Shown: positions 1 to 9,530 of the stretch, piece by piece
How positions within the stretch are numbered: the first letter of the stretch is position 1
Layout of the letters: the number at the start of each line of letters is the position of its first letter
Assembly: GCA_016930875.1 (NCBI GenBank)
Contig: JAFGFW010000047.1
Location: forward strand, 65,587 to 129,586
Source of the DNA: Deltaproteobacteria bacterium
Lineage (GTDB): Bacteria; Desulfobacterota; Desulfobacteria; Desulfobacterales; C00003060
Direction of reading: 5' to 3'
Length of the DNA stretch: 64,000 nt
The notes under the pieces: generated by a model
What the model was told of the DNA's origin: nothing
The model's database searches: none
The model's input: only the letters and a program-made list of their open reading frames with translations
Position numbers and translations under genes: made by a program

Positions 1-1
1 T

Positions 2-532
2 AATGAAAAAGGGGCAGTCCTGGTTGTTAGTCTCATTATTATGGGCCTGTTGATGGTGATCGGCACATCCATTACCATGACATCATCTATTGAGCTAAAC
101 GTTGCCCGGAATGAAAAGGTGGCAAAAACGGCCTTCTACCGGGCCGAAAACGGTCGAATTATGGCCTCCAAAGCCATCCTATCTGCTGACGCCGGAACGA
201 CCTGGACTGACGGCGCCAGTTTTGAGGGCAACGCCGATATTACGATGGCAGATGGGAGTTTTTTCACTGAAGGATTTGATGTGAGCAACACGGTGGATAA
301 TGTGTCGTCAAACCCGGACATGCAGTTGTCAGGTAACCTTGGGGCAGATCTGGATATTGATAAGATACAAGTAGGACCTATGCCAGGCGCTTCGGCAGAG
401 TTTGGAGCAGGATATGAAGGCGTGGGGCACGAGGGCATGGTCCAGGCTATTTATCGAATAGACAGCATTGGACGAGAGCCAAGCGGTTCTGAGGCCAGGG
501 TGCAGCTTCAATACAGATTGCTGCCTTATTGA
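2..532 (+). CDS. PilX-like type IV pilus minor pilin/assembly protein (5' end outside the window)
   Basis: The frame is open from nt 2 (NEKGAVLVVSLIIMGLLMVIGTS...). This gives a pilin-type hydrophobic N-terminal helix followed by SIELNVARNEKVAKTAFYRAENG, the PilX N-terminal pattern. It ends 19 nt upstream of pilY1. The ORF-track start at 41 is an internal Met. Confidence 0.55.
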   Translation, partial: NEKGAVLVVSLIIMGLLMVIGTSITMTSSIELNVARNEKVAKTAFYRAENGRIMASKAILSADAGTTWTDGASFEGNADITMADGSFFTEGFDVSNTVDNVSSNPDMQLSGNLGADLDIDKIQVGPMPGASAEFGAGYEGVGHEGMVQAIYRIDSIGREPSGSEARVQLQYRLLPY

Positions 533-551
533 GTAGAAAAGGAGACAGATT

Positions 552-3500
552 ATGTTTAAAAAATTTATATATATCATGTCCATGCTTTTGTTTGCAATGT
601 ATTTTGCCGCAAGCATTCCCTCCATGGTAGTGACTAATACTGCCAGGGCAGCGACCAATAGCGAGTTTGCAGCGCAGCCCCCGTTTCTTCCGGGAAATGT
701 TCCGCCCCTTGTGATGCTTGCCATGTCCAAGGACCACAAGCTTTTCTACAAGGCCTACACAGATTACTCCGACTTGGACGGCGACGACTCACTGGATACG
801 AGCTATGAACACTCTATCGATTATTACGGATATTTTGATTGCTACAAATGCTACAAATATCTGAGTAATCGATTTGAACCTGTGAGAGTTTCAGATGGTA
901 ATGACAAGATTTGCGATGAAGTAAACGAGTGGAGCGGAAACTTCCTCAACTGGTCTACCATGGCCAGGATTGACACTTTGAGAAAGGTCTTGTACGGAGG
1001 ATACCGCTCCACAGATGACAATACGGAAACTGTACTGGAAAGGACGTTTATCCCGCAAGATGCTCACAGCTGGGTGAAGATATATACACCCGGCGCTGGT
1101 GACCCCTCGATCAGCGATCTGACCCCCTTCAGTGAAACCACCATCTCCATTTGTAACACGACCAAAGACAGTTATGGCAATGCGCCTTTGATGCGAGTGG
1201 CAAACGGCAACCAGAGTGGTGAGGCCGGTTGGCCGAGGTGGTCTTCCAACGAGAGGTGGCAGTGTGCATGTGATGGGGAAGGTAAAAGCGGCACCAATAG
1301 CCTGAGGCCCCATCAGACCAATGACTTGCTTGGGGATTACAATGTAAGGGTCCAGGTCTGTGTTTCCGGTCTTATCGGTTCAGAAAAATGCAAGACATAT
1401 CCAAACGGAAACATCAAGCCCTACGGGTTGTTGCAGACCTATGGTGAAGCAGACAAGATGTATTTCGGCCTTATGACAGGTTCTTATACCAAGAACAAGT
1501 CAGGCGGTGTGTTAAGAAAAAACACCAGTTCCTTTACCGACGAGATTACGGCAGATACCGGTATTTTTACTGGGTCTGCCGGCATCATAGATACCTTGAA
1601 CAAGATAGAGATCGTTAGATACAACTATGGTGATGGCACTTATAACAGTACGGACAGTTGCAACTGGGGGTTGTCAAGTTTCAGCGACGGCCAGTGCACG
1701 AACTGGGGAAACCCCATCGGAGAGATATATTATGAGGCCCTTAGGTATTTCTCAGGCAAAACCAGCGCCACGTCTGCGTTTTCGACTGATGACAGCAGCA
1801 TTATTTCCGGTCTTTCTCCGGTGACCTGGAGCGATCCATACGGTTATCCCTATCCCTATTGTTCCAAGCCTTTTGTCATGGTGATAAGTGATGTGAACCC
1901 CAGTTTTGACTCCAACCAGATCCCTGGGAGTTACTTTAACAGCTTTACCGGCGACCTTTCATTAGACGTAGAGACGGAGACCGATACCATTGGGTCAAAC
2001 GAGAGTCTAAGTGGTGACTATTTCATAGGCCAGAGCGGGGCAACGAGCGATGACACCTGCACGGCGAAGACCGTGTCCTCCAATCTGGGCGATTGCAGGG
2101 GGCTGTGTCCGGAAGAGCCGGGAAGGCAAGGAAGCTACTATCTGGCTGGTTTGAGTTACTGGGGAAAAACGAACGACCTGAGAACGGACCTGACAGACTA
2201 CAACTTTGAACAATCGGTGAGCACATACTCGATCGCCTTGAGTTCTCCACTGCCTGAGATCGAGCTGTCTGTGAGCGGCAACACCGTAAAAGTGATGCCT
2301 GCATGTTACAACAACGACACGGGTCGGAACTGCGCCCTGGTACACTTTCAGGTCCTGACCCAGACTGCCACGTCCGGGAGCTTTTATGTAAACTGGGAAG
2401 ACTCGGAGCAGGGCGGTGACTATGACATGGATGCTGACTGCATCGTGTATTACGAGATAAGCGGCAACCAGGTGACCTTTAAGGTTGAAACAACAAATTC
2501 CTCAACAGGCTATGACCTGGATCTTGGCTACGTAGTGAGTGGAACGACTGATGACGGCGTTCATTATATTGGCAGCAACGACGGGCATTGGTTTTCGAAC
2601 CGAACCTGCAGCGACTCGGAAACTTGTAATGATGGGGACGGTGTCGGACGCTACGAGAGCGCTTGCACCCAAGACTATTGGTGCGGTCAAAAGACCCACA
2701 CTGCAGGCACTGCCGCTGCCTCTCATCTAAAAAACCCTCTGTGGTACGCGGCCAAATGGGGCGGGTTTGACGATAAGAATGATAATGACCTCCCGGATCA
2801 AACTGCCGAGTGGGATGAAGACGGCGATAACACGCCTGATACGTATTTCTATGTGACCAACCCCTTAGAGCTTGAGGAGCAGCTCGGAGAGGCCTTTGCC
2901 AGGATCTTGGAACGAATGTCTTCAGGTACGGCCGCTGCGGTGGTGGCCGACTCACAGTCCGGCGTCGGGGCCTTGTATCAGGCCATATTCTTCCCTCAAC
3001 TTACCGATGCAAACGGCAAGGAGGTCTCCTGGATTGGTGATGTGAAAGCCTTGTGGCTCGATGAATACGGCAATATCCGTGAAGACACGGACAGCAATGC
3101 TGTAATGAGCCTGACTTCAGACAGGATCATTACGTTCTATTTTGACGAAAGCAATTCCCGGACCCGTGTTAAGAGATATACCGATACAGATGGCAATGGT
3201 GAAGCTGATTCAGGATCAGAAGCGATTGTGGAGGTGGATGACATTAGCCCTATTTGGTCGGCCGGAAAATCATTGGCCCAAAGAGATTTGAGCTCCAGTC
3301 CCCGTGACATCAAGACCTGGGTTGATGATCTAAGTAGCGGCACCGTGGGTTCGGTCGACAGCGGCGAGGTCGTATCGTTTAACGCGAGCAACGCAAGTGA
3401 CTTGCGACCTTATCTGGCAGTTGAAACAAGCGGCACCACGGAGACGACCAAGCTGATCAATTACATCTGCGGCGAAGAGCAGACAGGATATCGGAGCCGC

Positions 3501-5225
3501 ACCATTGCTGTGGATGGCACGGACAGGGTTTGGAGGCTTGGAGATATTGTCTATTCCACGCCCACGGTCGTGGGCGCGCCCAAGGAACGATATGAGGTCA
3601 TTTACGGCGATACCAGCTATGCCAGCTTCAAGAGCGCACACAAGGACAGGCGGCAGGTTGTCTACGCTGGCGCCAATGACGGAATGCTCCACGCTTTTAA
3701 CGCCGGATTTTACAATGAATCGACATACACATTCTCAGACGGGACGGGTTATACCCTCGGGCAGGAGCTGTGGGCCTACATTCCGTACAATCTTTTACCT
3801 CACGTTCAATGGCTGGCCTTGGAAGATTACAGCCATGTCTTTTATGTAGATCTCAAACCGAAAGTAATTGACGCAAAGATTTTTACGCCAGATTCAACAA
3901 CACATATTGGTGGCTGGGGTACTGTTTTGGTGGGCGGTATGCGTTTAGGAGGAGGGACTTTCGAGCTGAGTGAGTCAGAGGTCAACTATGACTGGGACGG
4001 CGACTCAACGATAGAGGCGGGTGTGAAAAAGACCTTCCGGTCTGCCTATTTTGCCTTTGACATCACAGACCCGCTGAATCCGGAGCTGCTGTGGGAGTTC
4101 ACAGATGCCGATCTTGGGTTTACAACTTCTTATCCAGCCATAGTTGGTGTGGATGGAAGTGCGTGGTTGCTGGCCTTTGGCAACGGACCGACAGACTACA
4201 ACGGAACCAGCAGTAATACAGGAAGAACCTATGTGGTTAAGCTCAGTACCGCTGAGCAGAGGAACAATTCTCCCATTACTACCGGCGGGAACACTACATT
4301 CATGGGAGATCCAACCTCCGTGGATACCGATATTTCTACCTCACAATGCAGCGGGGGGACCTGTTCATACTCACCTGACATCTTTTACATAGGAAATTCG
4401 GCAGGCCAGTTGTACCGAATAACAGGCACGGGCCTTTCGTGGGCAGGGACCCCGTCGCTTTTCCTGGATTTGGGCGGGGGCACAAAGCCGATTACTTCAG
4501 GCCCTGCAGTTGCCCAAGACGACAATGATCGGCTGTGGGTCTATTTCGGTACAGGCAAACTGCTCACCGACAGCGATCAGTTGAACACAGCTACCCAGGC
4601 ATTGGTAGGCGTGAAAGAGCCAACAGATTTTAGCAGCCCCAGACCAAATTTCACATATGCCACGGTTTCTAATCTTTTGGACACCACTGATTATACTGTC
4701 TTTGAAGGGGGTTCTGTGGATACGGACGACGATCTGTCGAACGGAACGGAGACGACATTTATTGGCCTTGAGAATGAGATCGAACAAGGTTCGGGCGATT
4801 CAGATTATGACGGATGGATTATCGATCTCACAGGAGGAGAGCGGTGCATTACGAAACCTACGGTTCTCGGCGGTCTAGCTACTTTTTCTTCCTATCTGCC
4901 CGATGTTGCCGATATATGCAGGCATGAAGGGGAAAGCTATTTGAATGCCATATATTATAAGACAGGAACTGCCAGTTGGGAAAGTGTTATCGGCACGGAT
5001 GACAGCACGACCATAACTGAAGGTGGGGAAACCAAGGCGAAAGTAAAGAGACGAATATCCCTGGGCTATGGTGTGGCATCCTCCCCAAGCCTTCACATTG
5101 GCACAACAGAAGGCGCCAAGGTCATCATTCAAACCAGTACAGGAGAGATCGTTGAGATAAGGGAGGAAAACCTCCCTGCGGCATACAAGAGCAGGCCTCT
5201 TAACTGGGTTCAAGTGGGGAACTAG
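552..5225 (+). CDS. pilY1: PilY1-family type IV pilus tip adhesin/biogenesis factor (1557 aa)
   Basis: It has a signal peptide and the N-terminal block LVMLAMSKDHKLFYKAYTDYSDLDGD. C-terminal beta-propeller hallmarks are VVYAGANDGMLHAFNAGF, ELWAYIPYNLLPH, WGTVLVGGMRLGG and YFAFDITDP. An acidic loop VDTDDDLSNGTE may bind Ca. It follows the pilX-like gene. Confidence 0.85.
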   Translation: MFKKFIYIMSMLLFAMYFAASIPSMVVTNTARAATNSEFAAQPPFLPGNVPPLVMLAMSKDHKLFYKAYTDYSDLDGDDSLDTSYEHSIDYYGYFDCYKCYKYLSNRFEPVRVSDGNDKICDEVNEWSGNFLNWSTMARIDTLRKVLYGGYRSTDDNTETVLERTFIPQDAHSWVKIYTPGAGDPSISDLTPFSETTISICNTTKDSYGNAPLMRVANGNQSGEAGWPRWSSNERWQCACDGEGKSGTNSLRPHQTNDLLGDYNVRVQVCVSGLIGSEKCKTYPNGNIKPYGLLQTYGEADKMYFGLMTGSYTKNKSGGVLRKNTSSFTDEITADTGIFTGSAGIIDTLNKIEIVRYNYGDGTYNSTDSCNWGLSSFSDGQCTNWGNPIGEIYYEALRYFSGKTSATSAFSTDDSSIISGLSPVTWSDPYGYPYPYCSKPFVMVISDVNPSFDSNQIPGSYFNSFTGDLSLDVETETDTIGSNESLSGDYFIGQSGATSDDTCTAKTVSSNLGDCRGLCPEEPGRQGSYYLAGLSYWGKTNDLRTDLTDYNFEQSVSTYSIALSSPLPEIELSVSGNTVKVMPACYNNDTGRNCALVHFQVLTQTATSGSFYVNWEDSEQGGDYDMDADCIVYYEISGNQVTFKVETTNSSTGYDLDLGYVVSGTTDDGVHYIGSNDGHWFSNRTCSDSETCNDGDGVGRYESACTQDYWCGQKTHTAGTAAASHLKNPLWYAAKWGGFDDKNDNDLPDQTAEWDEDGDNTPDTYFYVTNPLELEEQLGEAFARILERMSSGTAAAVVADSQSGVGALYQAIFFPQLTDANGKEVSWIGDVKALWLDEYGNIREDTDSNAVMSLTSDRIITFYFDESNSRTRVKRYTDTDGNGEADSGSEAIVEVDDISPIWSAGKSLAQRDLSSSPRDIKTWVDDLSSGTVGSVDSGEVVSFNASNASDLRPYLAVETSGTTETTKLINYICGEEQTGYRSRTIAVDGTDRVWRLGDIVYSTPTVVGAPKERYEVIYGDTSYASFKSAHKDRRQVVYAGANDGMLHAFNAGFYNESTYTFSDGTGYTLGQELWAYIPYNLLPHVQWLALEDYSHVFYVDLKPKVIDAKIFTPDSTTHIGGWGTVLVGGMRLGGGTFELSESEVNYDWDGDSTIEAGVKKTFRSAYFAFDITDPLNPELLWEFTDADLGFTTSYPAIVGVDGSAWLLAFGNGPTDYNGTSSNTGRTYVVKLSTAEQRNNSPITTGGNTTFMGDPTSVDTDISTSQCSGGTCSYSPDIFYIGNSAGQLYRITGTGLSWAGTPSLFLDLGGGTKPITSGPAVAQDDNDRLWVYFGTGKLLTDSDQLNTATQALVGVKEPTDFSSPRPNFTYATVSNLLDTTDYTVFEGGSVDTDDDLSNGTETTFIGLENEIEQGSGDSDYDGWIIDLTGGERCITKPTVLGGLATFSSYLPDVADICRHEGESYLNAIYYKTGTASWESVIGTDDSTTITEGGETKAKVKRRISLGYGVASSPSLHIGTTEGAKVIIQTSTGEIVEIREENLPAAYKSRPLNWVQVGN

Positions 5226-5349
5226 CTTGCATCAGAAAATGGGCAAAAGCTTCTTTTGTTCTGAGACAGGACTAGGGTGAAGAGGCGGAAAATTGGGGAT
5301 TGATTCATATAGAAAGGCGAGATGTTTTGCCAATGGAAAGGAGAATGTC

Positions 5350-5706
5350 ATGATGTTCACGAGGTTTCTTCGCCTTTTTGGGGTATGTTTAGTTGTTGTG
5401 ACTTTTTGCGTTGAATGGGCGAGCGCTCAAGATGTGTCGTACGGTCAAGTTGCACGGCAAGACTTGAAAAACGCTTATGCCATTGCTCAGACTTACTTCA
5501 CCGATGATCCTGGCGGTGCACTCGAGATGGCAGATCTCTATGGCTATGGATTTCGGAGGACTGACAGTGAAACAATCAAGATTGTGAATGGTCGCAGGGA
5601 TCATTTAGTAATAACTGGCGGCAAATACATAGTAGATAAAGATGGCCGGATAAGTATTCGAGGTGTGAAAGGACAAAAAGTAATAGGTTCAAAGTCTGGG
5701 AGGTGA
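5350..5706 (+). CDS. Small secreted hypothetical protein (118 aa from the second ATG cluster)
   Basis: A GGAAAGGAG RBS precedes ATGATG at 5350. The Sec-type signal peptide is MMFTRFLRLFGVCLVVVTFCVEWASA-QD. I recognise no catalytic motif. The mature N-terminus QVARQDLKNAYAIAQTYFTDDPGG resembles the start of pilin head domains. Confidence 0.45.
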   Translation: MMFTRFLRLFGVCLVVVTFCVEWASAQDVSYGQVARQDLKNAYAIAQTYFTDDPGGALEMADLYGYGFRRTDSETIKIVNGRRDHLVITGGKYIVDKDGRISIRGVKGQKVIGSKSGR

Positions 5707-6095
5707 TAGCTGTTTTTGGCCCGGCGCCAACGGGAGGTTGTCTTGTCTAAGGGGGCCTCTTTCTTGCGCATTTAAAACTGTTGGTTTCGCCAAGAGTCTC
5801 AACTACGCCGATGGCGTGGTCATTTTGAACCAAGCGAGAGATCCTTCCGACGTAGCATGCTGAAAATATAAAATTTCTCCCTGCCAATAGCGGGATCGAA
5901 ATTCTGCCGCGGACGGAACCGAACCCGACTTTTTGCGAGATCGTCAAACTCGTGATTCGAAATCAGGAAAAATCTCACCTTCCAGCCCACTCCTTTTTTC
6001 TTCCCTTACACGATTTCTTGTGTTAAAAAGTGTCACAGACAAGGTGCTTAGAAGAATAGCGTTCTTCCCACAAGTGACTTCCACTAAGACAACCC

Positions 6096-8321
6096 ATGAA
6101 ATCTTCGACCACCGGGTTCATTCTTATCATTATACTGTTTTTTTTGTCCGCCGCTCCGGCGTTGGGAGCAAAGCCGTACAAGATTTATGTTATCAACAGG
6201 TACGGGGCGTGGGATGTTGTATGCGATTCTTATACGGTTCAAAAGGATGACCACGTCTGGGATATCCTCCGTCGAAAGGGACGCATTGCAGAAGATGATT
6301 TCCCGAGGTTTGTTTCGATCCTGAAAGACCTTAACCCCCACATCAAAGATGTGAACAAGATCTATCCCGACCAGAATATTTTGGTCCCTCTAAAGCAGAT
6401 ACAGGCCAAGGAAGGCCACGCAGAAGCGGGGCCGCGCTATATCACTATTCCCATCATACCGGATGTGCTTTACAAAAGCCGCAAGGTGGACGCAGGCGAG
6501 TGTCTGTCCAAGATAGTGACAGCTTACCTCGGGGTGCGGTGGGATCGGCTTTCCAAGGCCTACTTCCAGACCTTCAGGCGTCTCAACCCACGTATCAAGA
6601 ATTTGGATCTTATTTACCCCGGCCAGAAAATACGCATTCCCGAGTTGTCTTTTCAGGAACATCCTGCTGCAACACCTGGTTCTGGAGTTGCCAAGGAAGA
6701 TCTGCCTGTTCAGATAACGGCCCGGGCTGAGGTTGAAGCGAGAACAGCACGTCCGAAATCTGCTTTTGCATTGCCTGCCGAGACGCAGCCAGTTGAAGAC
6801 GAGATAATGGAGTCAGATGCCGAAGACGCATCCGTCACAGAGCCTGAGCCGCCAGCCAGCGAAGAAGAAATGGCTGCTAAGACGAAGACCGGTGACGAGG
6901 TTGCTCAGGCTGTAGCCCTGCCCCCGAAGCCTGCCGCTCCTTTGCCAGTTGAGGCAGCGCCGGCAGAGGAGAAGATTTCCAAGCTGGTTACCCATGAGCC
7001 ATCTGCCCCGGAGTCCAGACCGGTTACACCCGAGGAAGACGTTCCTGATCAGCCAATTTCAGAGGAAGAGGTTCAAGCAGATGCTACGTTCCCGATCTCG
7101 AAGCCCTTGGCTCCGTCAACGGTTGAGACACCTGCGGCAGAAAAGGAAATGGCTAAGGATGAGACAGCGGCAGCTAGCGTGAATGTTTCGAGGTCTCAGG
7201 GAATTTCATCAAAAAAGGATGTCAGTTTAGTTGGTCCTGGCAAGACGACACACGTACCTGGGTGGCAGGAAGTTGTTTCCGGAATAGCAGACGAACTTGG
7301 CGGCAAGCTGTTGGCGTCTGGTAGATGTTACTTCCCGGGAAAGGACCGGAGCGATATCGCACTGGACCTTGCGGCCTTTCCGGTCATCGAACTAAAGAAC
7401 GGACAGCATCTTCTGTTTGAAACGGGAGCCAGGCTTACACACGACGTAGAGGAAGCCATACGCGCTTCCTGGGAAGGGCTGTTGATTATTCACGCAGATG
7501 CCCAAGAGGCAGATGCCGTGGTGCTGGATAAGGTGTTCCGTGCCGTGTTGGGCGAAAGAGTTCAAAAGGTTCTCGACCTTCCGGCGCTGGATGATGGTGT
7601 TCTGGTCACCTTGCGAGGTGATTGGGTTTTTCCTCAAGAGGCTGAAAAGGGGATGCGAACCAAATATCATTGCATAACATTGATTGAGACTCCTGAGGAG
7701 TACTCTTCCAGTTCGGTTGTTGAATATTTTGCGGAAGAAAATATCCGGGTTATTGACATACTGACAACAGCAATCGTGGAGAACAAGCCCCCCTCTTTGC
7801 AGGATAAGAAATCGGAAGAGTCCTCCGTCTCTACCATAGATGGATCAGGCCGGGAGGCCTTTGTGTCAGGGCTTGTCAGGGCAATAGGATATTCCTATGA
7901 GCCCGGAGTCCCCTTGTCGTTTGATTATGCCGGCTTTCAGGTTCAGACAACTGCGAATCTTATATACGGGGGAGACGGTCTGGATATCGTGGTCGATTTC
8001 GGGACCTTTTACGGTGACGCAAAATCCGCCATTCAAGCAGGAGGGTTGAACGTGCTATCGATTCGGCCTGATGATGACTTGCTGACTATTGCAAAAAATG
8101 TTCTTGAGGCGCTGGGGTCTTCCTATACCGAGGCCCCGGTTTTCTTTGCCGCAAACCGAAAGCTCGCCAAGACTACTTCTCTTGCTATTCCGGGCTTTCT
8201 GATTTCACATGGGAAGGAGAAGAGATCTCTGCTGGCACGTGGGCAACTCCACCCGAACCTGCTTGATTTCTTGAGTGAACAACAGATAAGGATCTTGAAG
8301 ATAAGAGAATGGCCCCGCTAG
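6096..8321 (+). CDS. Secreted double-LysM protein with a long acidic Pro/Glu/Ala-rich linker (741 aa)
   Basis: The signal peptide is MKSSTTGFILIIILFFLSAAPALGA. Two LysM-like repeats are present (YTVQKDDHVWDILRR...IYPDQNILVP and RKVDAGECLSKIV...IYPGQKIRIP). A roughly 200-aa P/E/A-rich low-complexity region follows, then a C-terminal domain of about 350 aa with unknown function. Confidence 0.7.
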   Translation: MKSSTTGFILIIILFFLSAAPALGAKPYKIYVINRYGAWDVVCDSYTVQKDDHVWDILRRKGRIAEDDFPRFVSILKDLNPHIKDVNKIYPDQNILVPLKQIQAKEGHAEAGPRYITIPIIPDVLYKSRKVDAGECLSKIVTAYLGVRWDRLSKAYFQTFRRLNPRIKNLDLIYPGQKIRIPELSFQEHPAATPGSGVAKEDLPVQITARAEVEARTARPKSAFALPAETQPVEDEIMESDAEDASVTEPEPPASEEEMAAKTKTGDEVAQAVALPPKPAAPLPVEAAPAEEKISKLVTHEPSAPESRPVTPEEDVPDQPISEEEVQADATFPISKPLAPSTVETPAAEKEMAKDETAAASVNVSRSQGISSKKDVSLVGPGKTTHVPGWQEVVSGIADELGGKLLASGRCYFPGKDRSDIALDLAAFPVIELKNGQHLLFETGARLTHDVEEAIRASWEGLLIIHADAQEADAVVLDKVFRAVLGERVQKVLDLPALDDGVLVTLRGDWVFPQEAEKGMRTKYHCITLIETPEEYSSSSVVEYFAEENIRVIDILTTAIVENKPPSLQDKKSEESSVSTIDGSGREAFVSGLVRAIGYSYEPGVPLSFDYAGFQVQTTANLIYGGDGLDIVVDFGTFYGDAKSAIQAGGLNVLSIRPDDDLLTIAKNVLEALGSSYTEAPVFFAANRKLAKTTSLAIPGFLISHGKEKRSLLARGQLHPNLLDFLSEQQIRILKIREWPR

Positions 8322-8373
8322 GATCGTTCCAATATCTTTTTTGCACAACCATTATCATTCAATGTTGACGGCT

Positions 8374-8594
8374 TCGGAAAAAGTCGAAAAACATGTCATT
8401 GCGAGCGGAGCGAAGCAATCTCTCTGCTATAACTACTTGTATTTATGAGATTGCAGAGCCTGTTCCGAGCCAAGTATTTTTGGGAAAAGGCAATCCGTTA
8501 AACAACGAGATTGCTTCGGCTTCCTTCGTCAGCCTCGCAATGACAGGCGAGGGAGTTCACTCCTCGCAATGACCGGATTCATAATTTTTTACGA
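8374..8594. repeat. Composite structured intergenic repeat (MITE-like) with GTCATTGCGAG/CTCGCAATGAC inverted modules
   Basis: The ends TCGGAAAAAGTCG (8374) and TTTTTTACGAATGCATCA (8585) resemble the termini of the elements at 9397 and 18026. Internally, gtcattgcgagcggagcgaagcaatctc (8395-8422) is mirrored by gagattgcttcggc...ctcgcaatgac (8507-8544) and by a second ctcgcaatgac (8563-8573). Confidence 0.6.
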
Positions 8595-8629
8595 ATGCAT
8601 CACAGATGACCACCACAAGGAGCTAGGAT

Positions 8630-9391
8630 ATGAATAGACGGTTCGTATTGTTCTTGGCGTTTCTGACTATTTGCTTGGCATCAGTCTCATGCGCGTCAAA
8701 TCTGGCCCTACGCAAGGACAAGGCTGCAGTCTCCAGGACAATTGGCGAGGGATACCTGGCAGAGGGCAATGTCAGCGCAGCCCTGGGAGAATTGCTAAAG
8801 GCAGAAAAGCTCTACGACAAGGATCCCCATATTCATCATGATCTGGGCCTGGCTTATTTTGCAAAAGAAGAATTCGAGCTGGCTATTAGCCATTTTGACA
8901 AGGCCGTGGATCTCAAGCCTGACTATTCGGAAGCCTTCAATAGCATGGGTACTGTCTATTTGAGATTGAAGGAGTGGGACAAGGCCATATCATGTTTCAA
9001 CAAGGCCCGGGCCAATCTGCTCTATGCCACGCCATATTTTGCCCTGAACAACCTGGGTGACGCATACCGGGGGGGAAAAAGCTACGAACTGGCCATAGAC
9101 TTTTACAAGAAGGCCCTTGAAGACAACCCGCATTTTGCAAACGCGCACCGGGGCTTGGGGTTGACTTATCTGGACTTGGGCGACTATGAGGCTGCTGTTC
9201 GTTCCTTGGAAAAGGCTGTTAAGTATGCCCCCGGCTTTGCCCCCGCCCAGTATGATCTGGGTCGGGCCTATGGTGGAAAATACGACACGGAAAAGGCCAT
9301 GGCAGCCTTCAAAAAAGTTGTTGTGCTTGTGCCGGACTCCTCACTCGCTGACAGAGCCCGGGCAGAGATCAGGAAATTGCAGGAATATTGA
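8630..9391 (+). CDS. pilF: TPR-repeat lipoprotein, PilF/PilW-like type IV pilus biogenesis/stability protein (253 aa)
   Basis: An AAGGAG RBS precedes the start. The signal peptide ends ...CLASVSC, a possible lipobox. The rest is TPR repeats throughout (AL..L..A..LDP....A...LG..Y). The size matches PilF-type pilotins, and the gene lies in a type IV pilus neighbourhood. Confidence 0.6.
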   Translation: MNRRFVLFLAFLTICLASVSCASNLALRKDKAAVSRTIGEGYLAEGNVSAALGELLKAEKLYDKDPHIHHDLGLAYFAKEEFELAISHFDKAVDLKPDYSEAFNSMGTVYLRLKEWDKAISCFNKARANLLYATPYFALNNLGDAYRGGKSYELAIDFYKKALEDNPHFANAHRGLGLTYLDLGDYEAAVRSLEKAVKYAPGFAPAQYDLGRAYGGKYDTEKAMAAFKKVVVLVPDSSLADRARAEIRKLQEY

Positions 9392-9396
9392 TGCAC

Positions 9397-9503
9397 TCGT
9401 AAAAAGTCGTCACCCCGGCGAAAGCCGGGGTCCAGGTCAGTCATAAGTTGCTGATCCGCCTCCGCCGGAATGACAAAAAAGGACGTTTTTTGACTTTTTA
9501 CGA
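9397..9503. repeat. MITE-like element with 12-bp perfect terminal inverted repeats TCGTAAAAAGTC / GACTTTTTACGA
   Basis: The terminal repeats are at 9397-9408 and 9492-9503. The internal hairpin is CCCCGG-CGAAAG-CCGGGG and a CGGAATGACA box is present. A second copy lies at 18026-18148. The element sits between the convergent pilF-like and LysM genes. Confidence 0.65.
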
Positions 9504-9530
9504 AACCATCAATATTGAGGGATTGAAAAA

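Noticed and set aside
5747-6341. Track ORFs 5747..5947 (minus), 5933..6250 (plus) and 6084..6341 (minus) in and around the 389-bp gap upstream of the LysM gene.
   Set aside because: They have no RBS or motifs and overlap each other and the well-supported LysM gene start. They are more likely non-coding promoter or leader DNA.
9186-9446. An 86-aa ORF ending in ...VKSRHPGESRGPGQS.
   Set aside because: It is out of frame within the 3' end of the pilF-like gene and then reads into the MITE-like repeat, so it is a repeat-translation artefact.
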